DNA of 64,000 nucleotides from Spongospora subterranea f. sp. subterranea (taxonomy: Eukaryota): contig JAUGWO010000145.1 of the NCBI GenBank assembly GCA_049724395.1, positions 62,001-126,000 on the forward strand, read 5' to 3'. The position numbers were made by a program, and so were the translations under genes. The notes beneath the pieces were generated by a model. That model worked only from the letters and a program-made list of their open reading frames with translations. It was not told where the DNA came from and made no database searches. Of this stretch, positions 35,111-47,987 are shown piece after piece; within the stretch, counting starts at the first letter, position 1, and every line of letters starts with the position of its first letter.

Positions 35111-36711
35111 ATGGCGGCGTTGAGGACGGCAACGCTCTCAACGTATCATACCAGCACGAAATGGGTTCCTGATCACTCGTATGATTCATGCTTTGGCTGT
35201 CTAAGGAAATTCAACATGTTCAATCGGCGCCATCATTGCCGTCTTTGCGGGTAATGCACATATCAGAAATTACTCACGGAATGATGATTTTTGTTAATTG
35301 TCGGTTATAGACAGTTATTTTGTAAATCTTGTTCGTCATCGCGAATCGAGTTGGCGTCAGATCAAGGGTTTGTACGAGTATGCGATTCATGTTATCAGAA
35401 ACATCGAGGAGGTGTCAACCCATTATCGCCCATAACATTCCCAGGCCCATTCACCAAGGTAATTTGCTGGAACCGCATTCCGTCAAAAATCAAATCTGAT
35501 TAATTCAGGCTGTTGCGCCAATACCACGATCAATATTCTCTTGTCATAATGAGCCAATTGGTCATGTGAATATGGTCGCCTCGTTTGACGATAATCTCCC
35601 CATTGCTGCTTCGTCCCGCCTCTCCAAAACTCTGTCCTGTAATTGCTATTCAGCGATGCCATCAAGCCAAATCCATGCGTTTCAGTCAGGGCATTGGACC
35701 TTCAACGACAGCCGATTGAGAATGGATCTCCAGTTTCAATCTCAGGTCTTTGAGGGCGACTGTCAATTCTTGTGATTTGGTAATGAAAACGCATTAGGGC
35801 TCGGTTCTGTTCAGTGCAAGATTGCATTCGCCATCAGCAACGTATGTGGGAGCTGGACACGCTCGTATACAGACAGCAGAAATGACGGTTGATGATGGTG
35901 ATAAACCAGACGCTCCAAGGATTGCGATTGGCCTGATTGAGGAGCTGATTGTCGACTTGCGAGATATCAAGACAAATGAAATGATCCGTTTGGCCGGATC
36001 TCTGGCATGGAGAAGAGCTCAACTGTTGGAATCTTCGATTCGCACGATCGTCATCACGATTGATATGTGGGATTAGGGATCCAGGAGCAAGAAATATGGC
36101 AGAAGAGAACGAGAACCATACCGAGCAGAGATGGAAAGGAAGTACTGCATCACGAATATCCCTATTAGCTGTTGTGGAAGCTGAGATCTTCCAAGCCTTA
36201 GCAGGAATCGATGAAGGGCAGGTTCGTTTGGCAGTTGGTCCCCCGGCAACCCATTGTATTCAAGATGGATTTTAGGATAATTCCAGACAAAAGACTGATA
36301 ATGAATTAGGACGGAGAATACTTAGCTCAAATGAGGTTGTATTGGGCTCAACGACAACGGATAAGAATGATCCATATCGAGGGTCTACCATTCATGATCC
36401 TCTGGGGTCATTTCTCAATATCCCCATGCAATACAAGGTTCGAATAAAACGCATTGCGCTTCCGCATATACCGCCACTAATCAAATCAATATTTGAAAGG
36501 TCAAGGCCAGTCAGTTGCAGATGATGAAAGAGTGTATTGTTCGAGCTAATGAATGCGTCCAAGATGGAAAATCACCTGACGATGCCCAATTTTCATGTAT
36601 GTGTTTTCATTGTTTCGGAACAATTATCGTATAAAACAGAGATACCAAAAATATGAGGACGGGAATCTGACCAGGGCTGTATATCAATATAAATATGAGG
36701 ACTTGACATAG
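35111..36711 (+). CDS. FYVE zinc-finger protein (multi-exon)
   Basis: WVPDHSYDSCFGCLRKFNMFNRRHHCRLCG / LFCKSCSSSR...VRVCDSCY contains the canonical WxxD, RRHHCR and RVC FYVE motifs. Confidence 0.85.
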
Positions 36712-36761
36712 ATTTAAGCATGCGGACAAGATATGCGACTACATCCAGGGAATCTGCATGA

Positions 36762-37532
36762 TTAGCTTGGCAATATATGGTAAAAATGATAAACCTGGTC
36801 GACGGTGATATCAATTTACATGTGCCAAACACTTTACGAAGGCGTGGCGTTTACCTGATCGTTGTCTTGGACCCCCACTTCTGTATTACAGATGCTACAT
36901 GTCACAAGTCTGTAGATCTGATTATCCAAATGCACATATATCAATATACCAAAGACAATGCTGAGATGACAGTAAACGCACCTCATCAGGCTCCATAGGA
37001 TATGAGTTACTAGGCAATACGGTCTTGATCTTATCGACTTTAACATTGCTCACAAATATTGCTCTGTTCAAAGGCTATAAACAAACATTGTTGAGAACCA
37101 GCTGTGGACCGTATACTGACCTGTATTGATTGAGAAACTGTTCATGCTGTTGGCACATTACCGAAACTAATATATAGGTAAGACTAACTCACGATAATGA
37201 CGATTTCTGGAAGTACCTGTAGAGAAGCAACCAGGGCATGATAATACTGCATCAGTATGAGGAGAAGGGCCCATTTCGCCATCATAACCTGAAAAAACCT
37301 CCAAAATCAAGGCCTGATTCCACTATCATCAGTCAATATAGGATATACCTGGTCCATTCCATCTGGCATCCTCATCATCCATATTAGGATCATATAACGG
37401 ATCCTCGGAATCATACTTCAATCTGTCATCATCCGAGTTGGCAGCATCATCATCTTTGCGGTTGTGCGACAATATCTTAGATACGCTGTGGCCCCCCTGT
37501 TGTTTGCTTGGTTGGCCCTCGTCCCTCTCCAT
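36762..37532 (-). CDS. EAPP: E2F-associated phosphoprotein (EAPP)-like
   Basis: DPLYDPNMDDEDARW, TDAVLSCPGCF, CQQHEQFLNQY, RAIFVSN, YRLVTCSICNTEVGV, VYHFYH match the Eapp_C pattern. Confidence 0.85.
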
Positions 37533-38616
37533 GACTCGTCTGGCTATGATAGCGGCACAGAAGATGTTCGCTTCAATTACCGGTGAATTGCTGAATGAGT
37601 AAATGGTCTGAGCCACCCCCTGATGGGTCACGGTTGGATCGGGTAGACTCCCCACTCCACAACGGTTCCGTAACTCCTCACGCAGTAAAACATGAGCTGG
37701 AGCGGCATGTGGCAGCGGCCTCCGGACCTAGTGTAGGTTGTCAATCGAAACTTGGCGAAACTGGTTTTGCCCTTTTTGCGTCGGGGAATAGGTGTCTGGT
37801 GAGAAAACAGTTTCGCTGGGTTTCGAACCTTTTATGCGTTTGCGATGTGATCACGGATGACTCATCCATTGCGATAAAATAGAGTTCTGTTGTTGCGACT
37901 TCTGAAGCGAGCATTTTATTTCGATTGCTTTGTCTAATTCTGCCGATTGTATCGTGTTAGCAATGGAAACCAGAAATAGGTCTTCGTTTGATGCTAGTTT
38001 TAGGTTATAAGACATTTGATCCCCAATCCATAATCACTCATTCACCTGACCGATGAGAGTGTGGTTGGGGCCGTAAATTCCAAGTAATACTGAGGAATAG
38101 CTGACGCCTATGGAGTGCTTTTCTTGCATTGGACACTCTGCGCATGATGCCCTAGCGGCATACCAAAGCTTTTTTCACTGAAATTTGGCATGATTGAGGA
38201 TCCTAGAAGCATTTCTGCACCATTGGAAACGACCATTTGTGGGGGTGATGTAGAGCGAAAATCAGCGTTTTCAGTGAGGGGCGTAATTTATATGATTGTC
38301 GGTATTTAACAACCCCTGACAACGTTCGCGAACTAAGAATGGTGCTCGCTGCAGTGAGAATGTGAAATGCCTTTAGCTGCGAGTATCAGTTGGTCTAACA
38401 GGCTGCTCCTTGGATGTAGCAGCAGCCCTTGGTTAAGTCATAATTACTGCAACATTACATGGGTGGCAGTAGAGATAGGTCATAGAAGATAGAGGACGAG
38501 GGCGAGTAGTGTGTGTGTGTGTGTGTCAGTGAGACTATTGTATTCCGTATCCAACATTACCTCTAATGCGATATCATACTGATTCATCTCGTTAACCTCA
38601 TCGCAACCTTCGGGCC

Positions 38617-41600
38617 ATGGTGTTGATTTTTATTAAAGAGACAACGGGCAAAACCACCGCCCTTGATGTGGAAGTTCAGTCAACGGTCGCCACCTTGAAA
38701 GAAACGCTGTACGCTATCGAGGGGTTCGCCCCAGCCAGGCAAACTTTAATATTCGCAGGAAGAGTTTTAAAGAACGATGCGACCCTATTATCCTACAATA
38801 TCTCCAAGGAATGCAGTATACAGCTGTTTACAAGCTCTGTGCAACGAATATCTGGTGGAGAGGTAAGAGCGATTATATACGCCCACATTTACTACTCGAA
38901 ATCGATTCAAAAGTTCAGGAAATTAAGGACGGCGTTGATGGTGGTGCTCCATCCCCAATAGAGCTGGTTTCCGAAAATGGGGAAAATCTGAATGTTCAGT
39001 CTAAATCGCTTGTTAAAGCCCCGTCGTCGATTGGTATGCCTGGCGCTCGCGGGCTGAATGAAGGCGGTGTTTCTGATGTCCTGAAGCATGGTGATGTTGT
39101 TGTGATTCGGTTAATCGAGGCTCGTAATTTGGAAAGGGCAGATTTCTGGCCAGGTCGTTCGCTCCGAGTGTGCTGGTTATATTCGTACTCAATGAGCTAT
39201 AGTTCTCTCGGGTTCTTCGGATCCTTACGTCATTTTTGCACTGGGAAATAACAGTGCAAAGAGCAAAAATTATTCGCCGCAATTTGAATCCAATCTGGAA
39301 TGAGGTTAGAGGGAGCAAATAGATTGTCGGTGGTATAAGACTTTTGTATAGACCTTTGGTTTTAGAATCAACGAAGAAGACGATAAAGCTATTCTTCGGG
39401 TGCTGGTGTTCGATTTTGATAACTTCACTCCTGATGATTTTATTGGCTCTGTTGAAATCAACCTCAGCGGGTTGAAAAGGGGAGAGACAGTAGACAAATG
39501 GGTCGACTTGCAAAACGTTAAGACAGGCCAGCTTCATTTACAGTTCCACCGTTCGATTTTAACTTCGCCATCGTTAAATGCGATCGTTACCTCGTTAATG
39601 GAACTCGTTGGGAACCCGTTGCCCTAAACTGCTCTATTTTTTTACTGAATCGAAGTGTCCAGGAAAGATCATGGTCAGTGGAAGATCTTGCTCGATATGG
39701 GCTCAAGTTGGAACATCTGATGGGCGAGCTTGCCTGGATTACTGACAACACGACAAATCCTGCAATCGAACATTTGGCGGAGTCGATCAACTCGGGAAAT
39801 ATTGACTGGAAACTCAGTTTCATTAGCGAGGATCGAAGCAATTCTTAGCAGTCAAGGTTTGTGCACAACTCCGGTACGACAAGAATCAGCTTTCAAAGCT
39901 ACCCTCTGATTCTCAAGTGATTTGACAGGGTTTACCAACCCCACACCTTTGGTTCAGCGGCGTCGCTCAGACAGTGAAAGTTCGAGATTTCGTGCACCAG
40001 ATTCGTAAACACGGAGCTGTTAAGCAGATTAAGTTTCCTGCTAGCGGAGGCTTTGCCTTCGTCGATTTCCGCACAGTTTCTGATGCGTTACTTTGCTTTC
40101 TTTATACGCAGAGGAAGGAACTTCAAGGCAGCACTTTTGAAGTCGGATTTGGCAGGGTACAAACGGACTGATTTCGATGCGTGATTTGCTTATTTTTTAT
40201 AGTATCTGTCGAAAGAGGAACCAGTTCTAAAGTTCTGCCGTAAAGCTGGGTTTATGCATGTTTTTCATACGTCCCTCGTCAACTGGTCATACGGGTGGAT
40301 ATTCTTGTATAATTCTACATTTTCGCTTTTCAATGAGTTACAAAAAGATGTTCCCATCTTTTCTGTTGAGATGGATGACTGCTACGTTTGCAATCAAGGC
40401 CTTTTTTCTTTGGAGTTACACATAAAAAAAAGTCGCGAGAGCGTTTTCTTGCGATCAGATTCTCCTGCGGAAATTGCCGCTTGGCGTAAAGTCTTCAAGC
40501 AGGTATCAATCGACATCGGTAGCCCTTGGTGGTTGATAATCGCTGCTTTCAGTTTGCCTCTTCTACACCTACGACCCTTGATGTTTCCACCAATCTTGAG
40601 GGTGATACATCTGGGGGGAGCAAAGTCGCCGTTAGTAGCGATGCTGATTATTGCTGCAGCTTGTGTACCAGGTTTTATCCTCTTGATGAGGTTTATCTGC
40701 GAACGCTCACTCCTGCATCGGACGATGCTTGTACCTGTATATATTGCCTAAAACGTACTATTTTACAAAAGGTGGAAATGGGTCAAATGTGTTTTCTCTC
40801 CTTGCCCTGCTAAGGATTTACAGGTGGAATCTGGCGATGTTTCATCACTTTCAGCGGAGTTTACTGTTCAAGATGTTCGAGAACTGCTTCAAGCTGCCGA
40901 GTTTGAATCCTATCTGGACTCCAGCCTGAAGGAGTTGCTTGAAGCCGACTCCAATTTCGTTAAATGCCCTAAATGTTCTATATCTGTCGAGTAGGGAGAT
41001 CTTCTCGTCTTTTTCATTTTTTGACTCTCAAGCGCAGATTTGTTCGTGATGGCGCTCAAGATATTCCAGACTTCTCAAGATTGACTGGAATAGATGGCAA
41101 ACCCATATCCGTACAGACTCAATCGCATTATCTAAACAATCGATTGCGCTGCCGTAATCCCCTATGTTCGACTGATTTTTGTAGAACATGTTCGGGGAAA
41201 CCATACCACGCTGGATTTGATTGCGAAGAGTTCAAAATATTTCAAACAGCAGGTGATTCAAGTATTTTCATGCCTTAATGCACTGCTATATTGGTGAATG
41301 ATTTAGAGCACTGTCGATTTTGCGATTCCGCTCTTATACCAGGAAAGACATTAGCCAACGACGCTCCTGCCAAAGCTGTGGAAAAGTGCTGCAACCAACC
41401 AGACTGCTTGAGAAAAAGGGACCAATCGTGTCTTAAGTTTCTGGACTGCGGGCATCCATGCGGTCAGCAATGCTGAAGTGCTTGATCCACTGGTTAAATG
41501 ATGTTAGGGGGTGTACGAGGTGAAACACAACATTCGCATTGTCTATTTCAAGAGCACAGGTCCAAGCACGTCGTCCAAGACGCCTCCGATTTCTGCAACA

Positions 41601-42672
41601 TTTGTTTTACCGAGGTTCTTTCAGCTTCTCCCATTGTGGAACTTGACTGCGGCCATATTTTTCACTTTGAATGCACAAAGAAGCGTCTATCAGAAAGGTG
41701 AAATATCGGTTTTAATAACGCAAACGTGGCTAATTAGGTCTAAATTGATAGGTGGTCAACACCACAGATTACTTTCGGTTTTTGTCGATGCCCCTTATGC
41801 AATGTCAATATTCACCATGACTTGCTAATTCAAGAGCTAAATCCCATTTGGGAGCTTCATCGTGATATCGAATCAAAAGCGTATAACCGTTTGATTTATG
41901 AGGGTTTATTAAAGAGTCCAGAATTAGAGCCAGAAGGTGCTACTTTCAATAATGGTTATTCAACTATGTTCATATATATATCCAGGGTCTTATTATCGCA
42001 ATGTAATGGGGTTTGCAATGAGCTATTTTGCCTATTATATGTGCTTCAAATGCAAGGTTATCGTCCCGTAAATTTGCATATTTTATCTTATGTTCGGGTC
42101 TTAGGTCCCGTATTTTGGTGGGCAACCACGTTGCAATGATGGGTTGGATCATTTTGATCCATCCGAGCTGGTATGCGGTCCTTGCAGTGGTATCGGTGTT
42201 GCTGAATGTGCTACTCACGGGAAAGAGTTCATCCAGTTCAAGTGCAGATTTTGCTGCAAGTAAGTATTCAGCAAGGCATTCTTCTGATTTGTTCTGATTG
42301 CTTTCCATGTTTCAGTTTAAGCACATGGTATTGTTGGGTAAGGAAGGGTCATCCAATTTGTGCCAACTCATTAATTCTGGTGAAGGGAACAACACATTTT
42401 TGTGATGAATGTCATCGCAGGCAAGAGGCTCACGATTATATGAGCACAAAAAGCGCTGACGAACTGCATCAATGCGAAGGGCCCGCTAAATGTGCTTTAG
42501 GAGTCGAACACCCTCCGTAATTGCTGTATTTCGAACCAGGATGGATCCTCGTCTAACCTCGATGCGATTTTCTGTTAGCAACGGGGAGGAGTTCAGCCTG
42601 GGATGTTCATTATGCCGAGGAGCTACCACAGGAGCGAGCGTATTTCATGAAAACGTTGTGGAACCTTCCTGA
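38617..42672 (+). CDS. Multidomain E3 ligase: UBL-C2-RRM-PH-RING-IBR plus MYCBP2-type RING and tandem-cysteine (RCR) module
   Basis: UBL (IFIKETTGKT...LIFAGRVL), C2 (EARNL..DPY..NLNPIWNE..VFDFDNFTPDDFIG), RRM (GFAFVDF), PH (EIAAWRK), IBR-like (FCRTCSGKPYHAGFDCEE), RING (DFCNICFTE..LDCGHIFHFEC..RWSTPQITFGFCRCPLC), TC domain ([56 protein letters not shown]). Confidence 0.8.
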
Positions 42673-42762
42673 CCATATTTCGCGATCTCACTAATTTGTA
42701 TTTTTGTATATGAATAAAGTAATATTGTTGTTCGCAATAACAGTTTCTTGGCTTACTTGTTT

Positions 42763-43754
42763 CTAATCATCATAGCTCAAACATTTTTTTGAAATCTGGC
42801 TCTTCATCATCCACACCTTCGCCAATTGCAATTACCGATCTATGTGTCGTTGCCCGGCCCAGCTTGTACCGGAACTTGATTTTGCGAATTTCTTGGTCGA
42901 TGACTTCGTATGAGCACCGCTTCAGACGATGAACAATTGGAACGATGACAATCTCCCTTATCCGTTCATCGATCTTTTGGAAACAGTTTAAGTGCTCATA
43001 CAGAAAACATTAGCTCATCGACCTTTATGAACGCGTCTTCCGGGCATGAAAGATCACGAAGACGGATATATAGCAGAGTTAATACATCACAAATGTTGAT
43101 TACCGTGAATGTATAGTCTAAGTCGCAAGGCTAGGAATTCAAAGGAAGCGTCAGAGCGAAATAGCAATATCTGAAAAAATACACTCACGATGTTGGTGTT
43201 AACTAGAACCTCAAAGACACTCTTTTTGCCCCATTTGGCAACAGTAGGCTTAGTATTTGATATAGATGAGGCACCGGGAAGTGGCTCGCGCCCATCAACT
43301 GGTTTTGGCAACGCCGATGGAATGACTTCGCGGTGACTTGAGAATCTCACCTCAAACTCCTCAAACAAAAGTAGCATTGCCCTAGAGAGGTCGACTCCGT
43401 TTGTCAGAACGAGAAGCCTAGAGCATGACAGCCCCAGAACGAATAGTTCCTCAACTCTATCGCGAATTTTCAGCAACAACCAAGCACCTGATCACAGTTT
43501 ATATCTGTTTACGATAAATGCTTGGCCGATTTTTGCCGAGCGATCAGCTGCGCGTCGACACGAACCATCCCAAGCCACATTGCTCCTTCAGGTTCATGTG
43601 CGTTCCGGATTTGATCAAAGGTGCTGAGGCGCAACAGAGTTAACTGGCCAACGGACGCCGCAGGTGACGATTTCGAGGCTCGCGTGGCATGGCTCTTCAT
43701 CCTCTTGATTGACGCCAGTCCTAAGCTAGCAGTGGATATGGGGTCGGTTGCCAT
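42763..43754 (-). CDS. Conserved-looking hypothetical protein (multi-exon)
   Basis: Minus-strand ORFs 43509-43769 and 43087-43479 plus downstream exons (PFDLDYIYTVISICDVL...KIDERI) with GT-AG junctions. Confidence 0.55.
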
Positions 43755-44382
43755 CCCGGGGCGGGTCAACGCTCCTGCCCTTGATAGATGTTATGGGACC
43801 GGCCCCAATAGAGGGGCCCTGGGCTAAACCCCACTCAACAGGTGAGTGATGGCAGACCCGATCATGTTACGTGAACACACAATCCACTGTACAACCTTTC
43901 AGCTTGACCTTGAGTATGAGATCTTCTTTACGGTAATCTGGTTGAGTTTATCAGTTGACTGTCTTTAATCCCAGTTACCGTCCATCTCCTCAACGTAGAT
44001 TTGATTTGAATTGAGTTGTCGGTTAATCAGGATAGATGGTGCTTGATTGATTGGTAAAATTTCCGCAATACAAGCAAAGTAAAAATACATAGCAGAAGCC
44101 CAACGTACAAATTCTAACTCCTCCTATCGCCTGCAACGAGAATGCAATTAAACAAACAAACACCATCTATCCTCACCAACCGACAACGTAATTCTAAATT
44201 AAATCAAACCGTGATCACTGCCGTGGTTCTGCCATTTGTTACGCAACCATGTTATGGCTCGCCAGGATTAGTGATTGCCTTCAAAACGGAAGAGCATTTG
44301 AAGAACCTCGTGCTGGAAAACGTTGCTTTAGAGTTCAAATGTATATATATTGTTACAAAAGAATGATTTTTTCCGATAATCG

Positions 44383-45791
44383 TTATAATAGCAAAGGGCG
44401 GTTGGTATTTTTGAGTCGGGACATTACATCACCGACTGCTCTAACAACATCAGGAAAAACTACAGACAGACAATACCGGCAGACACTTGACGTTGCCCGG
44501 CATTTACCACATAGTCGATCCCTTTTTCCAGACATTATCCATTCCAATACATCGCTCTGTTTTTTCCAGACTGGGGAAAGCGTCGCGATCAATCGGCTCC
44601 CAAACTGCTGCAGGAATGCATCAATTCCAATGCCCAGCAAATCATTTTCCAATGCTCCAACTTGTGTGCAAATCGTCTGTAAGCGCTTGGACAACGTAGC
44701 ATCGGGAACAAAGTTCTCAAAGAGAATCCAAAACGTTTTCCGCATTGCGAATTCGGTTAAAGGCTTGGTAATTGTTTCCTTCTCGTGGCACTTGATGAGT
44801 AGACCCAACATTTGCATCTCCAGCAATCGGATACTGAGATGCATACGAACCAGTAAAATGCCGCCAGGCCGCAAATGACGCATAGCAAGGGCAAGCTGAA
44901 TAATGTGCAAGCGATCCTTTAGATTAACATGTTCGCTTTCTTCAGCTTGATGCGAGCCAGATATAGTGATCCCGGCAATGATTAAGTCAAACCCTCCCTC
45001 TGGAACAGACATGAAACCAGATAGCCCATCGGGATGTTGTGAGATCTTCAGGATGTCTGCCTCGATCACCGCATATCGTGAATTGTTGCATAAATACTCA
45101 TGATAGACATTACTGAAAACCCCTATTCAATACGACACTTGATAAAATCAAAACCTTTGTTAGTTACCCGCCATTGCCAGCACCTAAGGTTATTCCGGCT
45201 CCAGTAATGCGACTATCCGCATCGAGAAGAAGCTCAGACATACCGCCAGGTGCAAACCCCATATCTAAAAACTTGAATGAACCCTGCGTTTGACAAATCT
45301 CTTTAGCACGCTGTACATAAATGCACGCCATTATCAATATCGGCTGCATATCTTAAAAAACGATTAAACAAAGGAACAATGTTCTCTTGACACGAATCCC
45401 AGCGCTTCGCTTCTGAGAATGTCTGATCAGTATATATATGTGCCAAAATGAATGAATCCATGCGTTGAAAAAACTGACCTTTATGCACATCTTCAGTATT
45501 TGGCCTTCGATAAAAACACTTAAGGATATTTGGATCCGTTTCTGCACGGTTTCTTGTGGTAGCCCACCGTTTGAAGGAACTACTCTGATCATGGGAATCG
45601 AGATATTCCACCATTTGCTTTGTTTCAGGATAATCTAGATATTCATGCTGTGGACATCGCAATGCGGTTGGTGAGGGCAACCATTCGGCACAACGAGAGG
45701 CACATTTATCGGCTATAAGTAGAGCGCTATTGCGGCAACCGCGATTAGAAACTTGGAACCGATGTGGCACGGATGCTTTATAACTCGCCAT
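44383..45791 (-). CDS. FtsJ/RrmJ-like SAM-dependent methyltransferase with N-terminal Cys/His cluster; apparent frameshift
   Basis: FLDMGFAPGGMS motif I, FDLII, HLRPGGILL, TKP...RKTFW; the frame breaks near 45320 without an intron-sized gap. Confidence 0.7.
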
Positions 45792-46230
45792 TTACAAGCA
45801 AAATGATTCTAGGTATGATATCCAAAAGAGAGTATTGGAGCGGTAGCCGGAGGAAAGGCAATGGCAGTGAATTGAACTGATGCGGGGAAGTCCGGAACAA
45901 TCCCAGATTACACTGTGAGCGAATCGTGGTTGCTCGAAAGGACTCTTTCCAGAATTATTGAATGATATATCTCAGATCCGGTCTGGTTAGCTACACTGTT
46001 TTGAAGAATCGGAATGAGTCTTTTACTTTACTACAGTAAATTTGTCATAGAGTACATTTGTGACAATTCCGAGAAATAATCTGTTTATGATACCATCTGT
46101 TAACGTTATGGGTCGGTCGTCCCATTATGGTGTGGCAGGGACAGACTGAGGGGTATCTGATACCCAGGAGTGTGGCTTGATGTGTCCAGTTATATTGAGT
46201 GGCATTCCGTCCAGTGCTTGTGACGTAATA

Positions 46231-47953
46231 AGGCGTTTCTCTTGATTGCATGACATGAGAGGCTGCGGGTTACCTGCTATCAAGTGGGCTGTGGATTGAT
46301 GTGCTCATGTGGCGTTCTCTTGATTGCATGACATGAGAGGCTGCGGGTTACCTGCTATCAAGTGGGCTGTGGATTGATGTGCTCATGTGGCGTTCTCTTG
46401 ATTGCATGACATGAGAGGCTGCGGGTTACCTGCTATCAAGTGGGCTGTGGATTGATGTGCTCATGTGGCGTTCTCTTGATTGCATGACATGAGAGGCTGC
46501 GGGTTACCTGCTATCAAGTGCCTGTGGATTGATGTGCTCATGTGGCGTTCTCTTGATTGCATGACATGAGAGGCTGCGGGTTACCTGCTATCAAGTGGGC
46601 TGTGGATTGATGTGCTCATGTGGCGTTCTCTTGATTGCATGACATGAGAGGCTGCGGGTTACCTGCTATCAAGTGGGCTGTGGATTGATGTGCTCATGTG
46701 GCGTTCTCTTGATTGCATGACATGAGAGGCTGCGGGTTACCTGCTATCAAGTGGGCTGTGGATTGATGTGCTCATGTGGCGTTCTCTTGATTGCATGACA
46801 TGAGAGGCTGCGGGTTACCTGCTATCAAGTGGGCTGTGGATTGATGTGCTCATGTGGCGTTCTCTTGATTGCATGACATGAGAGGCTGCGGGTTACCTGC
46901 TATCAAGTGGGCTGTGGATTGATGTGCTCATGTGGCGTTCTCTTGATTGCATGACATGAGAGGCTGCGGGTTACCTGCTATCAAGTGGGCTGTGGATTGA
47001 TGTGCTCATGTGGCGTTCTCTTGATTGCATGACATGAGAGGCTGCGGGTTACCTGCTATCAAGTGGGCTGTGGATTGATGTGCTCATGTGGCGTTCTCTT
47101 GATTGCATGACATGAGAGGCTGCGGGTTACCTGCTATCAAGTGGCTGTGGATTGATGTGCTCATGTGGCGTTCTCTTGATTGCATGACATGAGAGGCTGC
47201 GGGTTACCTGCTATCAAGTGCCTGTGGATTGATGTGCTCATGTGGCGTTCTCTTGATTGCATGACATGAGAGGCTGCGGGTTACCTGCTATCAAGTGGCC
47301 TGTGGATTGATGTGCTCATGTGGCGTTCTCTTGATTGCATGACATGAGAGGCTGCGGGTTACCTGCTATCAAGTGGGCTGTGGATTGATGTGCTCATGTG
47401 GCATTGCGGGTTACCTGCTATCAAGTGGGCTGTGGATTGATGTGCTCATGTGGCGTTCTCTTGATTGCATGACATGAGAGGCTGCGGGTTACCTGCTATC
47501 AAGTGGGCTGTGGATTGATGTGCTCATGTGGCGTTCTCTTGATTGCATGACATGAGAGGCTGCGGGTTACCTGCTATCAAGTGCCTGTGGATTGATGTGC
47601 TCATGTGGCGTTCTCTTGATTGCATGACATGAGAGGCTGCGGGTTACCTGCTATCAAGTGGGCTGTGGATTGATGTGCTCATGTGGCGTTCTCTTGATTG
47701 CATGACATGAGAGGCTGCGGGTTACCTGCTATCAAGTGGGCTGTGGATTGATGTGCTCATGTGGCGTTCTCTTGATTGCATGACATGAGAGGCTGCGGGT
47801 TACCTGCTATCAAGTGGGCTGTGGATTGATGTGCTCATGTGGCGTTCTCTTGATTGCATGACATGAGAGGCTGCGGGTTACCTGCTATCAAGTGCCTGTG
47901 GATTGATGTGCTCATGTGGCGTTCTCTTGATTGCATGACATGAGAGGCTGCGG
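46231..47953. repeat. Homogeneous 78-bp tandem satellite, ~22 copies
   Basis: GGCGTTCTCTTGATTGCATGACATGAGAGGCTGCGGGTTACCTGCTATCAAGTGGGCTGTGGATTGATGTGCTCATGT repeated (copies at 46311, 46389 ...), minor variants at the GTGGGCTG site and one truncated unit near 47400. Confidence 0.97.
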
Positions 47954-47987
47954 TGGTGGCCTTACACTAATACAATTATAGCCAATT

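Noticed and set aside
46231..47953. CRISPR array
   Set aside because: Units are head-to-tail and near-identical with no unique spacers, no cas genes, and the context is eukaryotic.
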